64,000 nt of DNA. Source: Cercozoa sp. M6MM (taxonomy: Eukaryota; Protista; Endomyxa: Ascetosporea). Location of the stretch: NCBI GenBank assembly GCA_040357565.1, contig JBDODJ010000008.1. The stretch is one strand, 5' to 3'. Both the position numbers and the translations under genes were made by a program. This document shows, piece after piece, positions 19,877-31,684 of this stretch. Within the stretch, counting starts at the first letter, position 1, and the number at the start of each line of letters is the position of its first letter. The notes beneath the pieces are model-generated. The model did no database searches and was not told the DNA's origin. It worked only from the letters and a program-made list of their open reading frames with translations.

Positions 19877-20320
19877 GAAACCAGTAACTAAGGTATTGAA
19901 GACGACTAATAAAGGAAGTAAAACCGTCAGTTAGAATGGCGTCGATGCGGAATTAGAAGACATACCCTTGGAGAAAAGGTCGTCGAAAGCTCAAAGGCTT
20001 GTTGATGGCAATTGAAAAAAAAAACAGCCCAGGCACGATCACGGCAGAACGTATCAAGTGCGAAGGGACAAGAGCTCCGTAGAAGGAAGCTGGAGAAGAT
20101 ACCTGCAGTCAAAGTGCGTGAGCTGTAAGTTTAGAAAGCTTGATCCAAGCTAGGAAGTCAGGTCTGCGCAACACTTGACAATGCAAGGTAGAAGCCTCAG
20201 GATGTAATGCAGGGGATACCTAGCAAACAAATCCTTCACTATTCACCATACTGGTTCAGATTTGATCGTCCGCGCTGACGAGTAGTCAGATGACAACTTG
20301 ACTGGTTGAGAAACGCTATG
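19877..20320 (-). mobile_element. Dispersed ~350-450 bp repeat (copy 1), probable non-LTR retroelement 3' remnant
   Basis: Near-identical blocks shared with 42910-43268, e.g. CTGCAGTCAAAGTGCGTGAGCTGTA, CCAAGCTAGGAAGTCAGGTCTGCGCAACACTTGACAATGCAAGGTAGAAGCCTCAGGATGTAAT and ACAAATCCTTCACTATTCACCATACTGGTTCAGATTTGATCGTCCGCGCTGACGAGTAGTCAGATGACAACTTG. The retroelement identity is inferred. Confidence 0.7.
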
Positions 20321-20855
20321 CATTGAAGTTGAAGCAATGCCACTAAAAGAAAGAAGATGCTGGAAGCATAGTCAAAACTACGGCGGTACAAGCATTGTTA
20401 AATTGAAGTCTACAAAATAGCACGAATAAGAAGGAAACGAGCAAGTATCCTCCATTCTTTGCCAAGGGGAGAAACGAAACAACCCTGGGACTCGACTTGA
20501 AACTCGCTGGGCGAGGTCGAGTTTCGTTAAAGGTTTTTTCTTGGTTTCTCAGGCTCGACTAACTAACTATTTAAACTTATTTCAAGGAAAAGCGATTTTC
20601 CCGAAACAGCTGCGAAACGCAAACGACGGTTTTCCTGCACGTCACGTGCACGCTCTGCTGTAGATCGGCGTGTGACAAGGTTTTGGTGTGCTTCTGTGGT
20701 GCGACAAACCGCGGAGAGGCGTACCGAGCACGAGCACGGGAAATGACACGTGTTATGCACGTCAATCGAGTAAGTAGTCTCATTTGGTTCATTAAAAAGC
20801 AGTAGCGAACAGATTGTTTGGTTCATTCGACAGCGTGTACTGAAAGCGACTCGCG

Positions 20856-22471
20856 ATGTCGTCAAAACTTTTGAGACAGTTGCTGCATCCGCAGGCGAAG
20901 CCTGGAAACGTCGAAAAGGTATATTACTGGAGTTCTTTGTGTAAGTTTACTTTATAATTACTGACTGCACTATTTTCTCAGAATGTGATCCACGTCGGAT
21001 ATTGACGAAGCCGCGCGAACGCGTGCACAACAAGGTACCGCATCGAAATATGTGACGATTTCTTGGAATACTTCGGCTAAGAAAAAGCCGCAAAGAAATT
21101 AGCTAGCAGCTGGAAACTAAGTTTAACTCTGTTGTTTTACACCGATATTTCCGTGCGATTTTTACCAGGGTCAAGACAATGCAAAGCATGATTTGATTCT
21201 CACGGTGGGAGATATTTTACGCGACTGCCGCGATAGCGGTGATGCATACGAGGTGCAAGACTTGTTAGGGCAAGGAACCTTTGGCCAGGTACAGTAAAAT
21301 TGTAGCTGCCAGTGTCCCCGAAACATAATAAGAATACTCGAATCACATACGCGCATGCGAGCATACACATACGCGTTTCTCTGTACAGGTGGTCAGCTGT
21401 GTGTGCTTGAGAACGAGAAAGCAATGTGCATTAAAAGTGATCAAGAACATGCCAGCATATCGACAACAAGCGCTTGTGGAGATCCGTATCCTGAAAACTC
21501 TCCGCGACACTTACGATCCTGAGGGAAGGGTATCGATGCTACGGACACGTGCTTTTTGTTTCAAGAAGCGAAACTCGGTGCATATGTAGGCACATGTTAT
21601 TCGTTTGCTGTCATGCTTCGAGCATGCGGGGCATATCGTTCTCGTGTTTCCGCTCCTATCGATCAACCTGTTTGAGTTTCTGAGGCAAAACCGATACGAA
21701 GGTAGTTTTACCGTCGAAGACATTGAATATGTTAAAGTAGTGTTAAGTTCTTCAGGGCTCCCGCTTTCTATGGTGGCACGGTTTGTGATGCAAGCGCTGC
21801 GCTGTCTCACGGTGCTGAGGTGCGCTGGTGTCATTCATTCCGACTTAAAGCCAGAGGTACTTCTATTCGTTGCTTTCAACGTACCGAAACGCAATTTGGC
21901 TTTTTGTTCATTGCTAACATGCCGACAGAACATTCTGTTGGATTCACTCGACAACACTGACATCACCGTCATTGACTTTGGCTCATCGTGCTTTCAATTC
22001 CAAACGATGTTCTCTTACATTCAATCGCGCTTCTACCGCGCGCCTGAAGTGGTACGCTTAAAACTATATTCATTTAAAGTTGCATGACAGAACGGCGCTG
22101 CTGCGTTTTTTAGTTGCTAGGAGCTCCGTATTCGTGCGGCATCGACATGTGGAGTCTCGGATTGATAGCTGCCGAGCTGTTCGTGGGCTTACCGCTGCTA
22201 CCGGGTCGCGATGAGCACGACCAAATTCGCAGGGTAAGCTATTTTGTCGGTTGTTTACGGGACTCTGCGGGATACTGTGTCGTTTTCATTCAACTCGCAG
22301 ATAATTGAGTGTGTCGGCCAGTTCCCAGCGAATCTTCTTCACCAAGGCAGCAAAACACGTAAATTTGCAATTTTTCGCTTTCCAATAATTAAAACTTGCG
22401 ACAGTTAGTTGTATTTGTCTAATAGGGCAATTCTTCCATGTGCTGCAACGCGATCGCGGTGGCAGTGTTTG

Positions 22472-22514
<43 letters not shown>

Positions 22515-22614
22515 NNNNNNNNNNNNNNNNNNNNNNNNNNNNNNNNNNNNNNNNNNNNNNNNNNNNNNNNNNNNNNNNNNNNNNNNNNNNNNNNNNNNNN
22601 NNNNNNNNNNNNNN

Positions 22615-22648
<34 letters not shown>

Positions 22649-24067
22649 TACACACGCACACACTGCACGCACATGCGATGTAGATTTAATTTCGTGCAAC
22701 GATATATGCACATTTACAGGTGCCTGAAGTCGCGAGAAGAGTGGTGCCAAGAAAAGAAGATTCCAAACAAGCCTCCACACAATTATTTTCAGTGGACTTC
22801 GCTGGATGATGTATGCATGCCGATTTCTCCGCTTGTCCACGTCATCAAGATACAACTCTTTGGTAGCTCATCTTTCGTCGCAAGACAGCGAGCGGCAAGA
22901 AGCTGGCACACAACTCCGAGGTACTACTGTTCCATGTTCTCTGTGAAGTCAAACGGCATCTTAATGTTTAGGAGTACCATTGGAGACAGGCATTTATGCA
23001 TTTCCTTCGCTGCGTATTGTCAATCGATCCTGCGCGAAGACTGTCCGTTCACATGTAGTTGCGAGCAGTCGCTCAAACTTCATGTTTCCAACTTTGTAGC
23101 ACTCCGAGCCAAGCACTGCAACACCCATTCATCACCCAACAGGTGTGACAAAATTTTACTTGCTTTGCAACATAAATTTAGTTTCGGGAGAGTGATGTTG
23201 ACATTTTGTTGGATAGTTCCATCTGCTGAGTTCGTGGCTGCCTCCGTCGCGCGATGAAGCTGCCATTCGACCGCACACGTGTGTTGCGTCACCCAAGGAA
23301 ACACTAAAATTTATTGTGGAATGTGTGGTTTTGCTTGTAGATCCGTCGCAGCGTCAACTCGACGCCGGGGCAGTGCAATCTTTGCTTCTCGGCCTGTCCA
23401 GACAGAGGAACAAAGCACATCGGGTCAAGCGCTACAACTGCCTCTCCTCCGCCCACGCTCAATGTCGTGCACGCAAGGTATCAGTATCTAAGTTTACCGT
23501 CTGTGTTTGCCAGTTCACGTCACTAACCAAAAAATTAATAGGTGTTTTCACCCACGATTCGACCTCGAATGTTCCCCGCGCGAGCATGTACTTGCGCGAC
23601 TCGCTGCTCGCAGCAAGTGAGATGACGACACGGCACCCAACGCGTCAAGGCCTCTTAAGCGAGACGTCTCGCCGTCACTCGATTGGGTCACAGGTACCAG
23701 CAACATCTTTGATATCGAAGCGCACAATTACTTCCCAAGAACGCCGATCGTGTGCAGATTTTGGACCGTTCGTCGCGCGGCTCTTTGGCGAACTCGTCGA
23801 ATTCGTCCCTTCATTCGGTGAGAGCACTGTCATGTCACTGTTTTGTCTTATTACAGGGATTCAATGCATGTTTTGATACAGCCCACTCGGGTGCAACGAC
23901 CTTTCTCGAACACTGACGTCAATCTTCAGAACTATGGTAACATGATTTACTTTTTTCGTTTTACCAAATCACTGCGCCATTCGCTCGTAGCACGCTGGAG
24001 CTCCAACAGTGGACTGTCGCCCAACCTTGGCGCGTCACTACCTCCGAGTGTCCCGCCCTTTAACTAG
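20856..24067 (+). CDS. YAK1: YAK1/YakA-type DYRK-family dual-specificity kinase, multi-exon
   Basis: YAK-typical N-terminal PRRILTKP...GQDNAKHDLILTVGDIL, then [87 protein letters not shown]. Confidence 0.9.
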
Positions 24068-24379
24068 TAAAATAAGTAATTAACGCAACCAACTCGCGTC
24101 TACTGTCCTTGTACCCTCGCGGCGCAGCTGCAGGTTAAACGGTTGAGACTCTGGAGAGCCTCGTCCGACCAGAGCAATTTATCAAACCAAGCGCTGTGTG
24201 TTCCGGTCAGGCCGCGCGATCGCCAGTTGGATGGTTTTAAATATTAGATTCCGTTCAGTCCACTAAGAAACCAACCATGTGTGCCAGTTCCTGTACACCA
24301 GTCGCTCAGGGTAAGTGATCATTTTGGATCATTTTGTTACAAGTGAATAAAAATTGCGGCGACTCGGACAGGACATTGG

Positions 24380-25864
24380 CTAGGGAGCAGCGTGTTGCAA
24401 GTAGTTTTGTGTAAACCACGAGGAATCACTGCTCAACAAAGGCATACATTTGGAGTAACATAAACAGAACACAGATAATGTCAAAACCCTTCACGCAGTG
24501 AAGCAGCGATCGCTTCCTGGAACACACAAGAGTTAGAGCCACACGAGTTAGACAGGCATCGTAATACCACTTCAGACCGACTGACGTTGCAGCGGAAAAC
24601 GGCCGTATCGGGCGTGTGCTGTGACTGTGTACACGCAGCAACATATCCAAGCAGTGCACACAAAGCTGCGCTAAATAACAAACCCCTTTAGACGCAAAAC
24701 TCAGCAAATCAAGAGCTACAAGCGACGCCAACAAGGAATCGACTTGAGTGTCCCTGCTCGTTATGTGCAGTGGCAAAACAGCGAAACAGCAGCAAGACAC
24801 GAGTACCCGGAATCAGTGCCTTCGCGATCGTAAAGAATGTTGAAAATTGAGTCCAGATGCGTGCGGGGAAAGGCGCGCGGAGACTATACACAAGAGGGGG
24901 TGAGCAGTGGGTGGGGACGAAAAATCAAGAAATACACAAGTCTGCGGCTGCAGGTGGTTGGGTCGTAATCTTCCCCTCTTGGCCTGAGACACGATCGTAT
25001 GTATGGAGCAGGGTGAAGAGAGATGTTGGTACAGCAGGATCAAAGACGCGTTTGTTGAAGGTAACGGAGTTGTGGCTGGCGCAATAGGCTGCCTATATAT
25101 GACCAATGGGTAAAAGCATCATCATTCCAGGATGGAAGTAAAAGACGAACACTGTGCTGCATCTCACCAGGATGAGGAACTTTGCGTTGAAAGGCAGATC
25201 GATCTTGGACATATCTGCCCGTACCTGGGTGGGGCACTCCAGCTCGACAAGGTGCTCCCGGCCTTCCTCTGTGAGCACGTTGAATCTTTCATTTACAGGG
25301 AGCGACAGACATAGAATAAGGGTGTCATACCGAATGAGTCGATGCGTGCGGCAAATACATCTAGAACACGCGTAAGAGGGCAAAAAAGTTAAAAAAAAAA
25401 ACGATGCTGACCCACCGAAGGCATTGCGCGGTATGCTGAGTGCCGTTTTGTTCAGTAGTCTCATCACCTCGGTGGCCAGCCTAGTAAGCAGAGGTATAAA
25501 TAGGGACTAAAAGGGTAAAGACGCACAAACCAAGTCTGCTCGTGCAGCTTGCGTTCTTTCTCGCTCGCGAATTTCGGCTGCTCCTGTCGCTGCGCGATGC
25601 TCACACCTACCCAAAAACACACAAAGGTAAACGACACCTCCCGTCACTTTTAAAAGCTCCACCAAGGAAGAAGCGCACCAGGCAGTACTCGCAACAGTGC
25701 TCTCCAGCACGTCTCGGTAGAACTTGTCAACGATTGCATACGGTTGCACACGTGTTGCACCTGTCCACTCATGCGCATATGCCTGAGTTAAACAACCTGT
25801 CATACCGTCTTGTGAAGAATGTTGTCGTTGATGCCAGCACGTGCTGGATGCAATGCCACCCGGG

Positions 25865-25920
<56 letters not shown>

Positions 25921-26540
25921 AGACACAGACACACTTACACAGTGCACAACACCTAAGTCATAGATTTTACCGAGGAGAACTTCGACCACTTGTTGCACCG
26001 TGTAGTGCTGTTCAGCATCAACCCGCACATGCATGCAGACCAATAAACAGTAAAGTCACACGCACCGGGAAGCGCAATTGTGTAACCGGCAGGCTAAACA
26101 CCCAATCGCGCAAAGAACCACGCACGAGGTGCGTATCAACCTACAAGACTCCCAAATCTCCCGTCTGTATACCTCTGGCAGAGCAGCAAGAGGGTACCAT
26201 GACTACGCAGAGAGGCACTTGATGCAGCTCGCGCACTCTCAGCAGCACACGTAGCAGACGCGGAGCACGCGCCATCAGCAGCGCCGCGTTGTGCACCACC
26301 ACAAAACGTGTCGGCTCGTCCTGGATGAAAACGGGTAAGTGAGGAAAGAGGGTGAAGGAGGCAAGAAGGGAAATGGTGGTGTCAGCTACCCTGCGATAGG
26401 GCAGATCAGCGGCACAGCGTTGCGCTAACAGCCGCGACAGGTCGGCGTAAGAAGCACCCACCAAACCCATTTCAAAGCGCGGCACTCGCGTGACAGTTGA
26501 TGCAGGGTACAGAGCACCTGAGCATAGATGGATAGATGGT

Positions 26541-26587
<47 letters not shown>

Positions 26588-26687
26588 NNNNNNNNNNNNN
26601 NNNNNNNNNNNNNNNNNNNNNNNNNNNNNNNNNNNNNNNNNNNNNNNNNNNNNNNNNNNNNNNNNNNNNNNNNNNNNNNNNNNNNNN

Positions 26688-26737
<50 letters not shown>

Positions 26738-26792
26738 GTACAGGTTGAGGTTCCTGCTGAAGGCGCCGAGCCTCGGAGAGGTTCATGCTCAT
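24380..26792 (-). CDS. ORC5: Origin recognition complex subunit 5 (divergent), multi-exon
   Basis: FVVVHNAALL...LLRVLLRVRELH (AAA+ Walker B region), YTVQQVVEVL, IDLPFNAKFLILAAYCASHNSVTFNKRVF (ORC5 C-terminal LP..SKF..IAAY.ASYN signature), LLASLVALDLL and FRCNVS. Both ends are approximate. Confidence 0.8.
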
Positions 26793-27068
26793 TTGTCGTT
26801 ATAAACTCTGTAAGAGGTCGGGAAACAAATCAAAACAATTGTGCAAAATTTGTTTCCGCCCGTCTTCTGAACAGTAATACAATAGCAGCACAAAATTAAT
26901 TCCATTCTCAGGGAGTTTTTCTCTAATCTACTGTTTGATAATTTTATGGCTATAACGTACTCGCTTCCCAGCGCCTGTGGCGGCCTCTAAATGCGAATAC
27001 ATTAAAAAATGTGATTGTAAAATACGAGCTCCGCAGGAGGGCTTCTCGAGTTTACAGTCCAATTGTAA

Positions 27069-29179
27069 ATGATGCGCACGCGGGTCAGTGTTGCGCTTGA
27101 AGGCGTTTCCGCTCGCTTGCTAGACGTGTCTATAGCGAATGGGTCTGGTAGTGTGTGTGTGTTTTCAAACAATGAACGGGCAGAGCGATACTCTTTGGTT
27201 GCGCAGCGCCATTCTTGGCCGAGTTACGTGACAGATCCAGTCCCTTCTATAAAAACAAGCTCAACAATGATCAGGCCTTTTTTGGTGCTGCGGCGACTGC
27301 TGTAGACCTTCTTTAAGGATCGGGTGTTAGTGTATTTCAATACCAAGTGTCGCCCCAGTGGCCGACGACAAGTGTCTCGAACCACGCGAGCATTCTCACC
27401 GGCGTGCCGTCCGCCGAGCATCGTGTGCTACAGCCAGCTGGTACATTGTAGGCATCTGTGTGTCCATTGTTGTAGGCATGCCGTCTACAGCTTTTGTATC
27501 TAGACGTCCCCCGGTGCGATACGCAATTGAGTGACGTCGCTAAATCCAACGACACGCGTGTTGTCGTTGTAACCAATAGTTACGACAACAACACACTTGC
27601 AGCTTTGTTCAAGGTATTTCACTGCTTATGTACAGGTCTTGGTGTCTGTATCCGAGCGATCTAGTAGGATGTTGAAGTGCGACGAGTTGGGGCTTTCGAT
27701 GCGACGTAAACTTTGCCTTTTCTCCGTCTCGCTTCTTTGTTGTCTTTTTACCTGTCTTTTAACCTCGTTAGAGCCGGCTGGATGCCACCGAGTCTTGGAG
27801 GCTCCTCTTCTGGCGAAATCCGTAGGTGGCATGACCCGCTGCGACATGCCTGCGATATTGCACAGACACACGCCTTCGACGCTGATGACACGCGACCGCT
27901 GTGGTTGCACGTGATGGCATCGTGCGACTACTACGATAGTAAGGACAGCACGAGCTATGAAGAACACAGGTACCGTGCATTGCAGTATTGTACATATCCA
28001 TAGATTATTCGTGATTCGACAGATTGATGCCGCGAATCTACGCAATGGACCGCTGGTTGCAAAAACTCGAGTCAGCTGGCGTGAAGGTATACTTTTCTAC
28101 TATTTTAATCAACGCACTCTTGCGTACATTCTCAACAGACCCTCATGGGTGTCACTACAACCCATGGCGCCGCAGAACGGGCGCCAAGACCATCCCATAT
28201 TGTACAAAGCCCTGTGTCTGTTTTGGTTTCCTTATCTTTATACCTTTTCCGCATGTGCTGCTAGGTTGACGTGGATCAAGTGCTGCAACAAGCATGGTCG
28301 GATGCGACTCAATTCGAGCAGTACTCGCATGTGCACGCGCGCACTATCAACAAAAGGAGCAGTTCCAACACTGGCACCATCACCGTGCCTTACAAGATTG
28401 GTACTCGCACTGCAGCTGGTTTGTTGAACGCGTTTGGAGAACTTGTGCAGGAAACAGAGTGGGCACGTTGGCGTTCCGTACAGTCGTGTACCCGACGACA
28501 TCGCTCTGTTCTTTCATGTGCGTGTCGTTTGTACCCGACAAGGATGCTGATCCGGGTATGCTTCCGTGCGTACGTTTGTTTGTTGGAGTGTCATATACGC
28601 AGGTTTGTACTCAACATTGCTGTCGAGTGCCATGTCCGTTCTCCGAAACACTAAGGGTACCTTGATTTCGATTTGTGTCTCGTTGAATCGATATCTTCCA
28701 ATCCAATGAAGGCATCTACGCCGTGCTGACTCCAAAAGACGCCGCTGCCTCTTTCCTGATGCCAGAAGACGTGCTGGGTAGAGGAATGATAAAAGTGTAA
28801 AGAAACGAAGGTGTTTGACTCTGAATGCAACTTAGGCGACTTTGTGGTCATCGCCGATGCCGACGTGGGCTTGCGCGACACGGTTCGTGCGGGTAACCTT
28901 CGGGTTTTTTTACGATCAATGTGTTGTTGGACTTTATTATTGGTGTAAACTGAACTTCAGGCTGTGTGGACTGGGGCCTATCGCAAGCGGGCGGTTGCGT
29001 AGACGATGCTGGTAAATTTACTCGCACCTCTGCACTTTACATTGATCGTGAGCGAATCAGATGGCTTTCTGGCGATTAACGCACCTTTGACAAAGGAGTA
29101 TAAAAAGCGACTCAGCAAGGGCGCTGGTGCGCGCACGTTCAACCTCATCGACGCACTGCGCAATGGAGTTATCGAATAG
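27069..29179 (+). CDS. Alkaline-phosphatase-superfamily protein, phosphonoacetate hydrolase (PhnA)-like, with degenerate metal-binding motifs
   Basis: Hand-spliced: RVSVALEGVSARLLDVSIANGSAPFLAEL...WPTTSVSNHASILTGVPSAEH...RVVVVTN...MASCDYYDS...IYAMDRWLQKLESAGVKTLMGVTTTHG...GDFVVIADAD...SQAGG...APLTKEYKKRLSKGAGARTFNLIDALRNG. This is collinear with PhnA motifs (VDG...AGQAPFLAEL, PSFTNPNNLSIVTG, TDYxQH, TADHG, GDLxV, RSHGG, RNFD). Confidence 0.72.
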
Positions 29180-29829
29180 GCACCGCGGCGATATCGCATC
29201 TTTTTGATCATGGTGTATAACAGCCTCGAAGACACGTTTTGGGGCCGTTTGCCTTGTTTGACTTGGTGGCCAAATTGTCAACATCGACTTTGTTTTGTGC
29301 GCCCTGGCGACTTAGGCATACGCACTAAGATAATTCTGTCTGTTTAAGCGGCTTATGCTCGCTCTAGTAGTTCCAGAATTCTGTCAAAAGAGCCCACAGA
29401 TCGCCCAACCAAAGCCAAAAACGATTTAGGGTTTAAAAAGATTATGATTTACTTTATACGAAATCGTTTACAACCTAAGACCTATTTCTAAAACGCATTT
29501 AGATGGCTGGGGAAAGTTGTGTGGAAGATTCGAGTCCACATCACGATAAAAATCTAAAATATCGAAGCACAGGCTCTATCTAACAAAATCACTCGTAAAA
29601 GTTGTACTACTAATTTTAAACAACTTTGCAGAGCGATTTTTTAAAGTTTGCAACAGTGCGAGAAAACGGTATGCAAATAGGGTGCGAAAATTCTTTACTG
29701 CACTTCCTGTCGAGTGCGTGCAAACTGAAGCATCTTCGGACATACAGTCCGATACGAAGTTGATCGTCAAGGAGATTCTTTAGATCATAATCATCGTATC
29801 CTGGAGTGACTCAGTTGGTGAGTGTCGAT

Positions 29830-30941
29830 ATGCTACATCACCGTCCGGTGGGTGGCGGAGGCCGCTACTTCGATGATGAAGTGCAGATGCCGAGTAACTT
29901 GTAGGTTTTCGTAACTTTAAGCTTGTCTATGACCTACTCACAGTATACGGTGGCAGGAAATCAACGTTTGCCCCGCTCCAAAAAAAGATATCCAAGCTAT
30001 GGAAAAGAAAACCAGTCTTCGTACTTGTTGGAGTCACCCTGTTGGCAGTTCTGTGCGTCACCATAGTCCTATCAATGGTACACCCGCACTGGGCTTATAA
30101 CTGAAAAGATACATAGTAACACAGTGCCAGTGTACATGAACAGGTTATGAACTTCGAAACTACCCACGCCATGCCGGTTCCATCACACGTGTTTGCAGAA
30201 TCTCCTCGCTCTGAGTCCTCTCCAAGTACAATCCACATGTCGCACCAAGAACTGGCTAAAAAGTACCACGAGGATGAAAGCCACGTCAACGAGGAGGTCA
30301 AACGCGTCAAGGAACTGCACGATGCACACTACGACAGCAGCTCAAGCAACACTCCAGAGCTCGAATTCCTGCGGGACCAAAATCTGAAATACAAAACAGC
30401 GACTGAGCACTGTACATACTGATACACTCTACGTATAGTACTGTGCACCTGCACTGTAGAACTGAATGTCAGGTGATTTATAGTGGAAAGTGTGCTCTCC
30501 GATCTGGAAGCGGACGTGCACTACTATGAAAGCGAGCTCACTATGGCCGACAAACGCATCGCCGAGCTTGAGCAGCAACTAAGCGCCGAACGGACCAAAA
30601 TTAAGGCGACAGAGGATGATGGCAAACAGAACTCCGACTTAAGTCCGACCTGTACAGGGAATGGGCAGAAGGGTGAAAGCGAGCTGCTCGCACAAGCCTT
30701 GCTTGAAGTGCGACACGCTTTGGAAGATTGCGCTTCTTCACAAGGCCTCCAAATGCGCCAACTACCGCTTCACAAGAATGCACAGTGGAGTGAGGGTGAT
30801 TTGCGCAAGATCGCTGAGGTGCACAGGTCCAAAAACGCGGAAGCAGGCACTTCCCTGTACGATCACACGCACCACGCAACTCCACAGCGTCATGTCCCAC
30901 ACCGTTCTGCCGGCGGTTGGATTCCTAGTGGCAACTACTAA
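29830..30941 (+). CDS. Uncharacterised type II membrane protein with lumenal coiled coil
   Basis: Four exons splice in frame: MLHHRPVGGGGRYFDDEVQMPSNL|KSTFAPLQKKISKLWKRKPVFVLVGVTLLAVLCVTIVLSM|VMNFETTH...; a basic stretch precedes one hydrophobic helix, then heptad-like SVLSDLEADVHYYESELTMADKRIAELEQQLSAER. Confidence 0.65.
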
Positions 30942-31255
30942 TTCGCTGCTAAAGCTCACAACACTTCGCTAGAATGAGACAAATGAGACATACGATAGTG
31001 TATTATTCTGCGATACTTTGGAGATTGAGTCCGACTGTTGTTTCATTTATCTTGATTATGCGCTCATTAGCACTGCAGACAGCTAAACAACTTAACATGT
31101 TAAAATGTTTGTCTCTCAAGCGCAGTAGTGCTTTAAAAGTTACGACACTGTGAAGATTCTTATTTTTTAAATAAGACCAAGCACCGACAGCTGCAGAAAA
31201 TAAAGTACTGTCCCCGTTACTGTAGGTGCCCAGCTTCGTGCAACTAAATCGGTGT

Positions 31256-31652
31256 ATGCCCCACTTTGGATGGAACGTTTCGCAGACGCATCGGCGTGTC
31301 GGTGCTCCCCAGGAGGCCAATCAGAAAACTAATCACGATTTTGGCGGCAACATCGGACAACCGACGCAGGTACAGATCGTGCCAGCAAGACACGCTGTGC
31401 GACTTGCCAATGGTGCGTCTCTGGGAGTGCAGAGGGCAACTGCGGCCACCGACGAGGCGGAGGAGAGAAAGAAAAGGCGGCGACGAGCACTCGCGCAAAA
31501 GCAGAAACTGGTACCCGCTATACCTGCGAGCGAACACCGTTTTTGCCTCATCTATTACATTTACTCTTGATCTAAAGGAGGCAGAACTGCGCGTGAAACA
31601 ACGTCTGCAGCAGAAACAACAAGAGCTAGAGCAGCAGCAGCAGCAGCAGCGA

Positions 31653-31684
<32 letters not shown>

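Noticed and set aside
26500-26792. ORC5 apparently lacking its Walker A motif
   Set aside because: A 100-N assembly gap (26588-26687) sits exactly where that exon could be, so absence cannot be claimed.
29420-29440. Isolated TTTAGGGTTT telomere/telo-box-like words (also ~14633, 43479, 58684)
   Set aside because: Single units only, no array; expected by chance.
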